Program-made: the position numbers and the translations under genes
Part shown: in pieces, positions 15,923 to 54,775 of the stretch
Numbering within the stretch: position 1 is the stretch's first letter
Layout of the letters: every line of letters starts with the position of its first letter
Assembly (NCBI GenBank): GCA_040954595.2
Contig: CM082580.2
Span: forward strand, 7,013,519 to 7,077,518
Source of the DNA: Balanoglossus misakiensis
Lineage: Eukaryota; Animalia; Hemichordata
Direction: 5' to 3'
Length of the DNA stretch: 64,000 nt
Notes under the pieces: generated by a model
Told to the model about the DNA's origin: nothing
What the model saw: only the letters and a program-made list of their open reading frames with translations
Databases searched by the model: none

Positions 15923-17964
15923 AGAACACACATTAGTACTGACTGTGTTGCCATGGATACCAGTGAATACATCAACTACAGGCTGATTGGACTGCTGCTA
16001 GCAATGGTCGAGATACTCCGAGATATTCAGAAAATTTGGCTCCTGCTGTCTGAAATCTTACGCTCTTTTTTTTGGGGGGGGGGGGGGTGGTATTTCCGGA
16101 GTTCCGCTGTCTATGCAACCGCGCAAAGATTCTATAAATGGGAAATCTTGCCATATGGCAAGTTATATTGCCAATAATTTGTTCATAAAAGGGCGTAAAT
16201 TACGACCTGTGATTCATGATCTCATTCAGATCAAATGTATTTACAGGTCTATATAATTTTGCGCCCAGCACAGGTTTATTACTTTGACTTTCAGAAATAT
16301 TTCATTTTTTCTCTGTATACGTTACACACGGTACATATTACATCATTCACAAAACGTTCGGAATACTTTAAGGAAATTGCTTGGAATGTTGCTATATGCT
16401 TGACGCTTAACCGGCTGTCAGTTTTATAGCGGAGTACAATTACAAACCAATAGCATAGTTCAGCATAGTTGACACTTCTGTTTTCTCTATGGTTATCGGA
16501 CACCCAACAAAATTTAATTGCAGCATACACTAGAGATGTGTAATTTGCTCCAATAAATTTATAGCAGTTGAATGCATGGGTATACATGTACACGTATTTA
16601 TATATTTATCAATATTCTTTAAATTTAGATAAATATATTGAGGCTTGGTATATGATGTAATACCGCTGGAGCAATAAAATTCGGCAAAAGCGAGACCTTA
16701 AAGTCTCATGAGCTGCCACGTTTTGCATTTATTTTATTCTCACAATTTTACTATGATTGGCTGTACACACATTTACCGTGTGATCAACCCGTCCGTTCAG
16801 TCTCCCGTTGGAATAGCACACAAGTATGTGTATGCGTTTTATAATGTTCACAAATTCAAAATGACGTCGCCCGTCAGCTAAGGATAGGATTAAAGTATTA
16901 TATCGTTAAAAATATGCTAAAGCGGCAACAGGTGGGGCTTTAATGTTGTAACCATTCTGGTAATTCCTTTTATAGCAAGGCTAAATATAAGCGTAAGTAG
17001 AGTTAGGGGTTTTTCACTTCGTATTCAAACAAGAATTTGGTCGCCCGCCCATGTACATGATGTGAGTGCGATATATTGCTTACTATTCTTCTTCACAACA
17101 AAAGCTTTCACCATGTTTGGTGTCCGCTTGCTTCCGCCTACACTAAGCACATGTCCGGGTGTTGCAACGTGTAGTCTTGCGTGGTTTAATTATCGTGTTC
17201 AAGTTTTGCAAAGTTACAATGCGCGGCACATCGTAGAAATTCTCCCTTGGAGTGCCTTTTGGAATTACCTTCACGACACTCGTGATCTGACACAAGAGTT
17301 AGAAAAGTTTGTAGTACAAAGCACCATGGGAACCCTGCCCCTCTAATCCTAAACTGTGATTGGTCAAATCGAATTGATGACATCATTCTTGGTAAGGTCC
17401 GTTTCATATAACCCGATGCAATTAAAATACACAAAAAAAGTTCTGCGTTATCCATATATCATACGAATTTGAATTATTTTATACATGTATTGTATACCAT
17501 ATGCGACAATTTCTTATATGTAAGCAAACAAGTGCACATTTTGGATGCGGGTTACATTTGGGGTATCTTGAAACAGTGCCATAAGTTTTGGTGGTAAAGT
17601 TCACGTCACCATATGCTGTTTAGTTTATGTGTTGGCTGCCGGTGGAGAAGGTTTGAATATTGACACGGTTGCGTTTCGCTACCTCGAGTATATGATATAC
17701 GTGATTTGAGGGACGTTTATTTTAGCTGACAAGTAGAAGACTTCCAGACCAAGCCAGGGAATCGGCTGGATACTCTAGTTTTGCCTCAAGAGTGTTTTGA
17801 TTGTGCGTCGGTACGCATCGTTGTTTTTTTTGTGAACACCCCGACCGTTTGATCAGATAGACGGGACACGGCGCGCTGTACACACCATCGATCGCGATTC
17901 TCCTGTCACGTTTATCATTGGAAAGGACTGACTTTTCAGCGTTATTTTCCCGAATTCAGTTTTG

Positions 17965-44889
<26,925 letters not shown>

Positions 44890-47658
44890 GAGATCGCCCG
44901 TTTTTTTTTTCACCGCTCGCAGTTATCAGAACAATATGGCCGAACTTGACTGATACGAGTAAAGCTGCGTGGAGAAGAGCGCCTCCTAGTGGCCGGACCT
45001 TGCCCACTGCCTGGGACATTCAAAATGGAGGTTGCAGCGAAATAGCTAACAGAAGAGTCTAAAATACCTCGTCAGTGATCCAAGGCGAGAGAGGAATTGT
45101 GTGGACAGCGACACATAAATCACTCCAACCTTTAAATATGGCTGCTTGTAAACTTATGACATTTCTTACTTTCGAAATTTTTTTGTTGCCGTTATTTCCT
45201 TTCATGTAAGTTACTTAATAATTAATGTATTAACAAAAAGGCATTTTATAATTGTATATCTTAATTGTATGTATTGTAAAAAGAATCATAGCTTAAATTT
45301 TTCTATTTATGACAACTCGCCATTCTGAATGAATTCAGTTCCCTTGAATGTCAGATGCTGATGATGTATTGCTTTTTGTTAGTTTGAAGTGACCAGTGAA
45401 AAAGTAGTACAGGCTCTCTGATTGGTCAAACTTTTGGTAATGTTCAGGCATTGTTTGGTTTGAACTAATTAGAGCGAAGGTTACAAAAGTGTCAGAGGTG
45501 CAACTGCAAATGCTGTTTTTTTTGGTGTTGTGTCCTACTAGTTTATCTGCCAAAGCTCGAGGCTTTGCGTGGCTTTAAAAAGAAATTCTGTGTGCTTTTT
45601 TTTGGTGCAGGATTGCAAGATGCATAGCGTTCTGATTTCAGTCTCATCGTGCAAAATGTTTCCATGGAAACTTTGCGGAGAATTTTGCAAAAACCTGGGC
45701 TGAAAACATGAACTTTATGACCTTGGCATACTATCTGCCTCAAACAATCACTCCCCGTCCTTTTTTTCCCTCCCTAACCAAATAACAATGAATGATATGT
45801 TCTACTAATGAATTTTTCAGTTCCCTGAAAACATACGTGCGGAAGACTAAAAAAACCCAGTTGTTAAGTTCTGGTTACTTTGTCCTTCCCTTTGTGTGTA
45901 AAATACTATCTCTAGAAGCCAGAGTAGGGAACACCCCACCCCCTAGAAAATAATTAGTTTGCATTGTACACCCTGGTGTCCATGACAACGGCGCGAACTG
46001 TGCCGTTCTTCTCATTTCTGGCGATTAGAATATTTCCCTTTTTTGACCTCAGAATTTAACTAATCATGATTTCTGTTCAATTGACGATTAATATAACTAA
46101 CTGCAAAATTTGCATGAGCTGGTAAGAAATTTTTGGATTTTTCTGGGGCTTTGTCTTATTTGAGCTTGCGTCTCACTTGTTTCCATCATTGAGAGCCGAG
46201 AGAGAAAGAAGAGTTTTAAAAAAATCGATACCATCAACCCCCTGGTGTGAATCAAATTTTGTCTGTCCGACAAATCAAAAGGGGGTTTATTAAATACAGA
46301 GGTTCTTCAGTTTGATCTGATGGCAAATGTAGGTACAATTTGATAGCTGTTGACGTCTGACTATCAGGTGATCAAACTGGCGTACCTCTGAAAGTGGCAG
46401 AGTTGATAAGTTTTTTAACAACCCTGTACTCAAGTTGTATCCGTTAGGGTTCCCTAACCGATCCGGTATTTTTACCCATTAACCTTTATTTTAAAAAAGC
46501 CGTTTTGGGAGTCTTCATTTTTGAAGGTGGAAAATTCGAGTTCCATTTAGAAAAATGTGTCACTGCTTATTTACACATTCACCAGGCTTGCAGTGGATTT
46601 TGGATGTAGTCACACACATAGTTATCGATCACTGGTCAGATTTCACATGCAACAAATCACAGATCACCTTTCTGAGAAGGAGACGTCTCAAAATTGGCTG
46701 GACAAGTGAGATTCTTTAGGCCTGAAGTCGCAAGAAAGTTTCAGGAATGTTCAAATCAGTGCATTCAAGATAATCGTTTCCTAAATTTTCAGACTTCAGA
46801 CGCAAGAATATTACTTGTCGCGTTATATAATATTTTTAATATTTCACACTATGGTGTTTGGCCTTTTCCCCCCTACACTCCCAGTGGTAGATTTTGGGTA
46901 TATTTAGGTCCGATTAAAATGGATGTTATTATATTTAGATCCCATGAGTTTTTGTCCCCTTGGGGTGCTATAATTGTGTTTCAATTTTTATGGAAGTGGT
47001 GTAGATCTGTCAGCGGTTGTTCTCCTATCCCCCCGTGAGATGTGACCAGATTTGTTCAACTATATCCTTCCCCTAATTTTAGAATCACGCAGCTATGTGA
47101 ATAAATGCACAAAAATGACCATGGCACATTTGCCAAAAACTCAGGAAAGAACGTTTTTTTTTCAAGTTAGCTTTTGCTTGTTAGATACTGTCCAGTAGGC
47201 TTTTCTGATTGTGACAAAATATTATCGAAATATTGCAAGTGAAAGCTACCGATTAGAAAATAGGTTTGATTTTAGTGTTCTGTGTGTGAATACAGTAATC
47301 AAAGATGGTCATATCTCATGGGGTTGCCATTGCATTCTTTCAATGGATTTTCCAGTTTACAGATTTGCATCACAGTCTTGTGGACATCTTCTCCTATTTG
47401 CCGATGAGGTGTCGCAAGAATTTCATTGTAATAATTATAATATATTTATTACCCTTGTTACTACGGTTACAGAATATCTATGCAGTTTTAAATAGCGATC
47501 AGGTGTTCTTGTACATACAAATATCAAATTTGCGTGTGATGAGAAATTCTCTCTATTTTACAATCATTGTATCATGGTTGATTTAGTCAGAATGCTGCAG
47601 ATGTACAAAAAATTTGCTTTCCCATTATGTTCACATAAAATCGGTTACAAAAATCAGA

Positions 47659-47664
47659 AATAAA
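47659..47664 (+). terminator. Candidate polyadenylation signal of STK17 (3'UTR ~2.8 kb)
   Basis: AATAAA followed by GU-rich ttttgctgttgtggtgtgcatgtgtgtgt. Confidence 0.55.
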
Positions 47665-48613
47665 TTCCCTTACATTTCAATGGTGGACTTCTTTTGCTGT
47701 TGTGGTGTGCATGTGTGTGTGCTATTTGTTTGCTGTGGAAAAACAACAGTATTCAGAGCCAAGTGTTGACTGACATAAATTTTTTGTCACTTCCCATTCA
47801 TTTGTGGCCAGGTGGCCAGGAAGATATAAGTTTGACACATTGGATAAGGAGTGATTAAACCACCAAACAGCAGTATATCCCGAACTCTAACGTTTTTTTC
47901 AGTGAAGGAATGATGACTTGATCCCTATGGATGTTATGTTGTAAGAAAAGCTACCACACTGCATATCAGTTTTACACAATTTATGATATGAAAGTTCCTG
48001 GTCATAAGGCAAATTACACACATTCGTGTACTATTGGTATGTGTCCCTAAAAGACAGATTTCTCTTAAAATTCGGCCAGGTACAGCTATAACTGTTGTCA
48101 ATTTCCATGGGTTTTTACTTGCATAAAACGAAAGTTTGTGAGCATTTATCTACTGAGGGCGACATAGCAACATTTACAGAGGGTGTCTGGTGGTCCGGTT
48201 CAAACATCCCAATAACATATCTATCATCGATGAATGGGTATAATTATTAAAACTTTAATTCAGACTGAAAAAATAGCAACACTACACACAATTTCACATG
48301 CAGTACAGAAAATATATAATACAACGCCCATGATTTAGTCAAATAAATAATGTCATATGTGAGTATGAATTTTAATAGCTCCAACTACACTATTTCTGCT
48401 GAGCGAAATCGTTTACACCGTTCTCTACACTTAAAAGGCAAATAGAATAATGCTACTACATAAAAGTACCACACAAAGTTACAAAATAAACTTTTGAAAG
48501 TCAAATAAAAATCATACAGAAGAATATACCCAAGGAAAAAATTATTTGTCCCTCTGACAAGCTTTTGTAACCAATCGTCGACGGCGCGTCTTGGGATTCG
48601 AGTGCCTCCTCCT

Positions 48614-49029
48614 CTATGCTACACTTCTGTCTTGATGGTTCAAATGTCGGCGATTGAAGAAATCTTTAATGTCGACGATGTCTTTCTTTATCTTGCCAAA
48701 GGTGTTCATAATGATCTGACACTGTTCTCTCGAACACTGACATCTCGTTGGGGAAAGATAGGCGGAATTATCTGGGTTGCGCATCCCAAGGATATCTCTT
48801 ATTTCGGCGATGGATTCCTGTATCTCGGCCAAGGCGTTCATAGTTTTATCAAACTCTTCGCACAGAGACGTACACTGGCATCTCTGGGTGGAATGATATG
48901 GGTTGTCATCTGACGTAGTACTGCCGGTTCGGCCACAAGCGGCGGACGCGGGCGTTGTCGAGGAACTTTCGGACTCGATGCTGTTGACCGTGTTGCTGGT
49001 GGCAACGGTATCTGGACGCCAATCTGTGA
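48614..49029 (-). CDS. Exon 2 of the uncharacterised minus-strand gene
   Basis: ...WRPDTVATSNTVNSIESESSSTTPASAACGRTGSTTSDDNPYHSTQRCQCTSLCEEFDKTMNALAEIQESIAEIRDILG...RCQCSREQCQIIMNTFGKIKKDIVDIKDFF...SVA*; acceptor aaatttattcacacAG. Confidence 0.68.
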
Positions 49030-49745
49030 CTGTGTGAATAAATTTCCAATTATCAGTTTTATATGGCCACGATATACACTGTGTACATGTACATGTATAT
49101 CATTACAATCAACAAATAGTAAAAAAAATAAATGTACATGTACATGTAATGATATACATGTACATGTACATGTACATGTATATGTATATGTATACTCTTG
49201 ACAGGATTGTACTTTGGTATAATTGCTTTAACTTATTACTTTCTCACACAAACTTTCACTGTATACATCGTAAGTACTGAAGGATACATGTACGATCCAA
49301 TCACGCGACATACGGGCGTTTTTTTTCATTAATACGTACTCGACTTTTCACAAACTTATGTGCTTGACATGTACACTGTTACGAGAAATCTTCTATCATC
49401 TTAAATAAAGTTGCCCCAATGACTGAACATTTGTTTGAAAATGAAATTGGGGGTTGCGACAGCTGACTCGCTGCTTTTCAGAGACAAGGATAAAACATAG
49501 ATGGTCCACGGTATTTCAATACCGACATGACATCTCCGCTAATGAATCGGAACGCTCAATTGGATACCCAACTTACATCTTGGCTGCACAACCTTTGCCT
49601 GATACCACTTTTTTCTCCACTTCACTCTCAAGACGTCGCTGGCATCGAAATTTTTCGGCCGAACATTTCTTCTGGGAACGTGGGAAATCTTTCCCCGGTC
49701 CCTCGCTGGTTCCAGCCAGGATACGATGACAAAACTGCGAGGCAT
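48614..49745 (-). CDS. Uncharacterised two-exon protein (~192-194 aa): beta-rich basic N-terminal domain, Ser/Thr linker, two RCQC+coiled-coil repeats; complement(join(48614..49029 or 49023,49577..49745))
   Basis: TATAAAAG upstream and ATG with A at -3. The GTAAGT donor (49576) is phase 1 and matches two in-frame CAG acceptors. Exon 2 is open for ~135 codons. ATTAAA signals lie downstream (48371-48376, 48254-48259). Confidence 0.7.
49082..49170. repeat. 26-bp perfect inverted repeat built on (TACATG)n in the intron of the minus-strand gene
   Basis: tgtacatgtacatgtatatcattaca (49082-49107) pairs with tgtaatgatatacatgtacatgtaca (49145-49170). Confidence 0.85.
49577..49745 (-). CDS. Exon 1 of the uncharacterised minus-strand gene
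   Basis: MPRSFVIVSWLEPARDRGKISHVPRRNVRPKNFDASDVLRVKWRKKWYQAKVVQPR then T|GTAAGT. Confidence 0.7.
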
Positions 49746-49847
49746 CTTCGAACAACTTGGGTCTTGAGTCAGAGCTGATACACGAATACGTTGCTTCTTC
49801 TTCTTGTTGCCAAAAGGCTGTGTGAGAAATTGGCACTATCTTCGCCT

Positions 49848-49855
49848 CTTTTATA
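49848..49855 (-). promoter_or_regulatory. TATA box of the minus-strand gene
   Basis: Minus strand TATAAAAG, ~30 nt upstream of an Inr-like TCACA (~49825) and 110 nt upstream of the ATG. Confidence 0.6.
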
Positions 49856-50062
49856 CAGTTTGTGAGGATTCACTCCGATTTAATGCATAAATTAAAAAGA
49901 AACCCTCTAATTATTCCATTTATTGTTTGGGGAAACTGCTATATGACCGTGGAGCAGATTTCAATGAGTAAAAGAGAGAAAGTGTGAAAACGGTCGTCTG
50001 ACAGAAAATGGCGACAGGATAAGTTACACCTGGTCTTTTGTTTTACACAAACCATTCAATAG

Positions 50063-50195
50063 TGATAAGGCTATGCTGTGTGAAGTTGTACGGGAAGAGC
50101 AACACTTGTATGTGTTGATAAACTTGATAAGGCTATGCTGTGTGAAGTTGTACGGGAAGAGCAACACTTGTATGTGTTGATAAACTTGATAAGGC
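50063..50195. repeat. Perfect 62-bp tandem duplication (2.1 copies)
   Basis: tgataaggctatgctgtgtgaagttgtacgggaagagcaacacttgtatgtgttgataaact occurs twice, followed by tgataaggc. Confidence 0.95.
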
Positions 50196-51062
50196 AATAA
50201 AATGATGACATGATTCTAGCTACACAACGCCATGAAATGCAAAACATCTGCTTCTTGATCGTTTCAAGTGTAAACACGAATTCGATAGAAAAAGACCGCA
50301 ATTTAACAATAAAAAACGACGAACACACACTTAATAGCAAAGCGATTTTCTAAAAAAAATCACTTTTTAATACAATTATACGTTTATTGAAAATCGCTAT
50401 AGCAGAACCTCCCAAATCTCAAGTATTTGCACGTAATAATGAGCCGGCATTCACAGCAGATAGCGGGGACACGTGGTATAACACATACACATACAAAACG
50501 TAGTTTATGGCGCACGGCAACTTTATTCACAAATCAGCAGAATTCCCATGCAATATGAACTCAACATACATATTCATTCATCGTTACTCTCGCACATATC
50601 TTCGCTCTTCGCGTCAGATTTGCAACACATTGTTACATAATTGACAAGCTAATCAAAACAACAGGTGTTGTATTACTAAGCGTATCAATGTCTTGTAGAC
50701 GGCTGAGAGGCTCGTCTCCGCCGATTGCGTCTTGACACGCGCCACCTGTAACTAATTATCACTCACGAGCTTAATTAGCTCATTAGCGGCTTTTGCCATC
50801 GTGTGTCGGCGCGCCCACGGACATGCCCGGCAAACTCCAGTCGGACCACTGTGACCCAAAAGATGATTTTGTTTTATTTTGACAAGACCCTTTGGCATTA
50901 CTCTACAACTTTAATAACCTTTTCAATGAGGTAAATGTCAAAATTATCGTTGAGGGCGCTGTCGAGGGCAGGCGGACTTCAGACTTTGGCCTTCACGAAC
51001 TTTGGTACGCTGGTAGAAGCCCTATAACTTAAAAAACTCTCTGAACTACGCGGAGGACAACA

Positions 51063-51402
51063 ATGGTTTTGTTAAACATCATAGCCTACATTGTATATTT
51101 TGCAGCCCTTGTCGTCATCTATCAGGCGATCCAGTGGCTAGTTCGCAAACCAAGAATATCAGGCATAACAGGGAAGTACGTTCTGATCACTGGTTGCGAC
51201 CATGGCTTCGGTAACATGTTGACCAAAAGATTGGACAAGGCCGGGTTCCATGTTTTTGCAACCTGTCTGACGGAAAAGGGCAGTAAGGCCCTGGATGAGG
51301 ACACGTCAACGAGAGTGACCACGCTAATAATGGACGTTACCAAAACAGAAAGCATTCAGAAGACGTTTCAAACTGTACGGGATCTATTGCCGTCCGGAAA
51401 AG
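51063..51402 (+). CDS. SDR exon 1
   Basis: MVLLNII...TGCDHGFG...LLPSGK; donor AAG|GTATTA. Confidence 0.9.
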
Positions 51403-52881
51403 GTATTAAATCATTGTGTTCGCAGTTGAGCGAATGTGTCACGGTCGAAGTGAACTTGTGACCTACATTTTCAGTCTCGACCAAAAGGATAGCAGACGTG
51501 TGTGTGCTTGGAAGAATATCGCTCATTATGTTTCTTAACTGCCGCTCAAGCTAATAACTCCACTGCAAAACATGTAATTCTACTAATCATGCTAATTGTA
51601 GCATGGTGCTTCAGACAGCTACTGGTCTTTAGAAGTCTGACCCCTGCCCCTTTTCGTCCACTGACCGCGCTGCGCCACGGGAAAAGGCGCCACCAGCGGT
51701 TGGAATGGGATAGGGGACCACCAGTACACAACATACTCAGGGTTTTTAGTCATTCCCTTGATTTTTAATTATATTGTAATTTAAAAACAAAAATTAATCG
51801 TGTTTGTTGTACAATTCAACAGGTTTGTGGGGTCTGGTCAACAATGCTGGGATCGGCGGTCTGGCATGTCCCTATGAATGGCTGAAGAAGGAAGACTTTC
51901 AGCACGTGCTTGACATCAACTTGCTCGGCATGATCGACGTGACCAACAACTTCGTTCCTCTCCTCAAAAAGTCTAGAGGCAGAATCGTCAACATCGCCAG
52001 TTGCCTAGGACGACTCGTGTCACCCGGTGGATGCTATTCCATTTCAAAGGTTGGCGTGGAGGCATACTCTGACGGACTGAGGTTTGTGTGGACAGGCTAC
52101 AGCTTCTTAGGGGAGAACCATTTGATTTTCTGGGGGGGGGGGATTTGGATACGGCAACAATTTTTCAGCCAATGTTACCATGGTTACCGCAAATTTGTAT
52201 ATTGCCAGTGTGTCTGTGTAGTAATGTATGTCACCCTCATCACCATCCCCCAACTGACCACACACACACTTCTCCGTGTATCTCTACACAGGTTGATGTT
52301 GCATCCGTTCGGAATCCGGGTCCAAATCATAGAGCCGGGATTTTTCGAAACCAATATCCTGGACGAGGCTGGGATACTGCGGGGACTGGACGAGAAATGG
52401 GACGCACTCCCGAGGGAAGTCCGGCGAGAATACGGGCCAAACTACCTCAGCGAATGTGAGTGTCATGAAGTACCTTAATCATTATTAATTCAACTGTTCC
52501 ATAAGTTCAACCACCCACCAATCTTTGGATAATCGATTATTTTACAACCTCCAATAGTCGAATTAATGGAGTGATTACGGTACGTACATTGTCCCATTTT
52601 GGTACAGTGGCAACAGTCCTACAAAGAATTTACCGGTAACTTCTTTTATTTCAGGGAAAGCATGGCTGGTTGAAGGTTCAAGGAAGTTTATGTCGCCAAG
52701 AACAGATCGTGTGATCAATGCACTGGAGCATGCGCTCTCGTCGTGGTGGCCACGCACAAGATACGTGGTTGGACCGGACGCTTTCTTCTTCGTCATCCCG
52801 ATTTCTTTCCTCCCGGCCGCTGTGACGGACGGGTTACTGAGAATGCTGCAGAAATTTCCCGCCCCCTCCTTAAACTACTGA
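51063..52881 (+). CDS. Microsomal short-chain dehydrogenase/reductase, RDH16/HSD17B6/DHRS9-like (SDR9C), ~329 aa; join(51063..51402,51823..52081,52292..52455,52655..52881)
   Basis: N-terminal TM anchor, YVLITGCDHGFG (TGxxxGxG), LWGLVNNAG, RGRIVNIAS, catalytic YSISK, IIEPGFF and EHALSSWWPRTRY. Splice phases are consistent. Confidence 0.93.
51823..52081 (+). CDS. SDR exon 2
   Basis: GLWGLVNNAG...YSISKVGVEAYSDGLR; donor AG|GTTTGT. Confidence 0.92.
52107..52142. mobile_element. Truncated copy (one TIR) of the 8282-8490 MITE inside SDR intron 2
   Basis: ttaggggagaaccatttgattttctgggggg matches both ends of the 8282 element. Confidence 0.6.
52292..52455 (+). CDS. SDR exon 3
   Basis: LMLHPFGIRVQIIEPGFFETN...EYGPNYLSE; donor T|GTGAGT. 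Confidence 0.92.
52655..52881 (+). CDS. SDR exon 4
   Basis: WKAWLVEGSRKFMSPRTDRVINALEHALSSWWPRTRY...PSLNY-TGA. Confidence 0.9.
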
Positions 52882-54775
52882 ATCTGGAGTATGCGTGTTT
52901 CCGTACCTCTCAGCAGGGTATTGGCTGAGCAACGGTGACTGGGGCCTTTTTTGGAGTGAATAATAATAATCCATGCTTTAGAAATTATGACAGACGCATA
53001 AATGAAATGGGCGATCTCTCAGCGTATCTGATATGGAAGTGTTTGCAGGAAACATTTCGACACGGACAAGAGGGAAAAGTAAAATTTTCGGGATAAAAGT
53101 GTGGAAAAACCGAAAAGTCGGTGGTACTATGTAGAAATGACCAAAGATGCACTGTATGGACTTAATAGTTAATGAATGTTTTATCAACCCTATTTTAATC
53201 GAGCTTCTGTTTGCATTCATTAATATGCAAATAGAATCACGTGTACATTTTAAATATTATAGAACATTAAGCATAAGGTATACTAAGTATAGTTTCTCGC
53301 TCATGTACCAGCACGTTTTCAGGAAATCCTTTTATCGAAAAGCCGTAATCAAATACGTAAGCTTTGTGAATAAATTAATATCACGAGGCTGTTTCTTTTC
53401 ATAGTGTCTTTTTATTTCTCCTCATGTGAATCAAATTCAAATTAATGATACCGCACATGTTACTGCTTGTACCAGTTTTCATGTATAGCGGTTGTGTTCA
53501 GTTTTCATGTTTTGTTGGAAGGTATTTTTGTACATGGCAGCGGATGTAAGCCCATTGTTACAATGTCATGTCGACGTCATCATGGAAAATACCTCAGTGA
53601 GCGACTAGTCTTATTCGATCTCATTTGATCAAAAAGAAGTGTGAAAGGGACGTACACGCCATCAATCTTTCCACAGTTGTCCGACATCTTGTTTTAGGCC
53701 TACGTGCGTCAAATTCTTTTAAGACTACATGTATACCGTTTCGGGGTCTAGGCTTATTCTAGTTTTGAAATTCTAAGTCATAAGTTATCTATAAAAATAA
53801 TATTTAGGCAACCTCTGTCTATTATCTCTGTAGTTTAAAGGCCACAACCTTACGACCTCAATCGTGCGGCTTCACACGTGGATAAATACGCGTATGCTTT
53901 ATACACATGTGTTTCTAAATGTTCGTTTATGGTTATACATGTGAATTTGTTTTGTGCCATGGTTATAATTTCGCATGTGTCATGACATGCTACACACACA
54001 TCTACGTAGACTTGCTCTAAGTCTATGGGCTGTGTAGGGAAGGTGTCGGCCCATACGTGTCGGCTTGGTCGACGCTACCCGAAACCACAAGCTCAGTCCC
54101 AAATTCGAAACTCGCCTCACTACCAAAAACATGCTCAAGGCAAGCACGCACGCAAAAAGTATTGCAATTATTTATTAAGACAAAAAACCAACGAAAACAC
54201 ATAAAGTATTGAGATTTAAAAATCACCAAGCGACTATAGTAGGCTAGTCTAACATCTACGCTGGGGAGGGGTGTTTCTAAACCAGAGACCCAATCTTAAT
54301 ATCAGCCTCTGCACCTTTAAGGTAAGTTTTGCGTGAAAAGTGGAGCCAGTCGCGCTTCCATGGGCGTGTAATCCCCTTGTCATGTATGTAGACCGCACTT
54401 CCGGACATCAAGTACACGTTCTTACATAACCCTTTTTTTTTTAGAAAGTACGACAGTGACATTGTAGGTATTTCTTTGTCTACTGATGATGACAGGGGAG
54501 AGGAATCTACAGATAATTACTGCAAAATGTCATTTTTTTGCTAACGATACCACTTTTGCGCCAAGTTTCTCTTACCTCAAAAGTTTTTTTGACAGTTTGT
54601 GTGTTGGCGATGCTGTTTACAACAGGAGAGGAAACCGAGTGCAGTGGTTGAGTCAACCGTAGACCCCTGAGGCCTATGTGAGTGCACGAGGAAAAACTTT
54701 GTTTATGAAAAGAGGTTACGCATGCGTATCCATCTCGACCTTACTATATTATTACCCACTGGGCCGGCCACGCCG

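Noticed and set aside
48602-48913. Plus-strand 103-aa ORF with an apparent internal repeat
   Set aside because: Antisense shadow of exon 2 of the minus-strand gene; it has a GTG start and no promoter or splice support.
49573-49836. Alternative minus-strand frame (87 aa) over exon 1 of the hidden gene
   Set aside because: Non-ATG start upstream of the likely TSS, and its phase at the donor does not match the open frame of exon 2.
50063-50195. Possible CRISPR-like repeat
   Set aside because: Simple head-to-tail duplication with no spacers, in a eukaryotic context.
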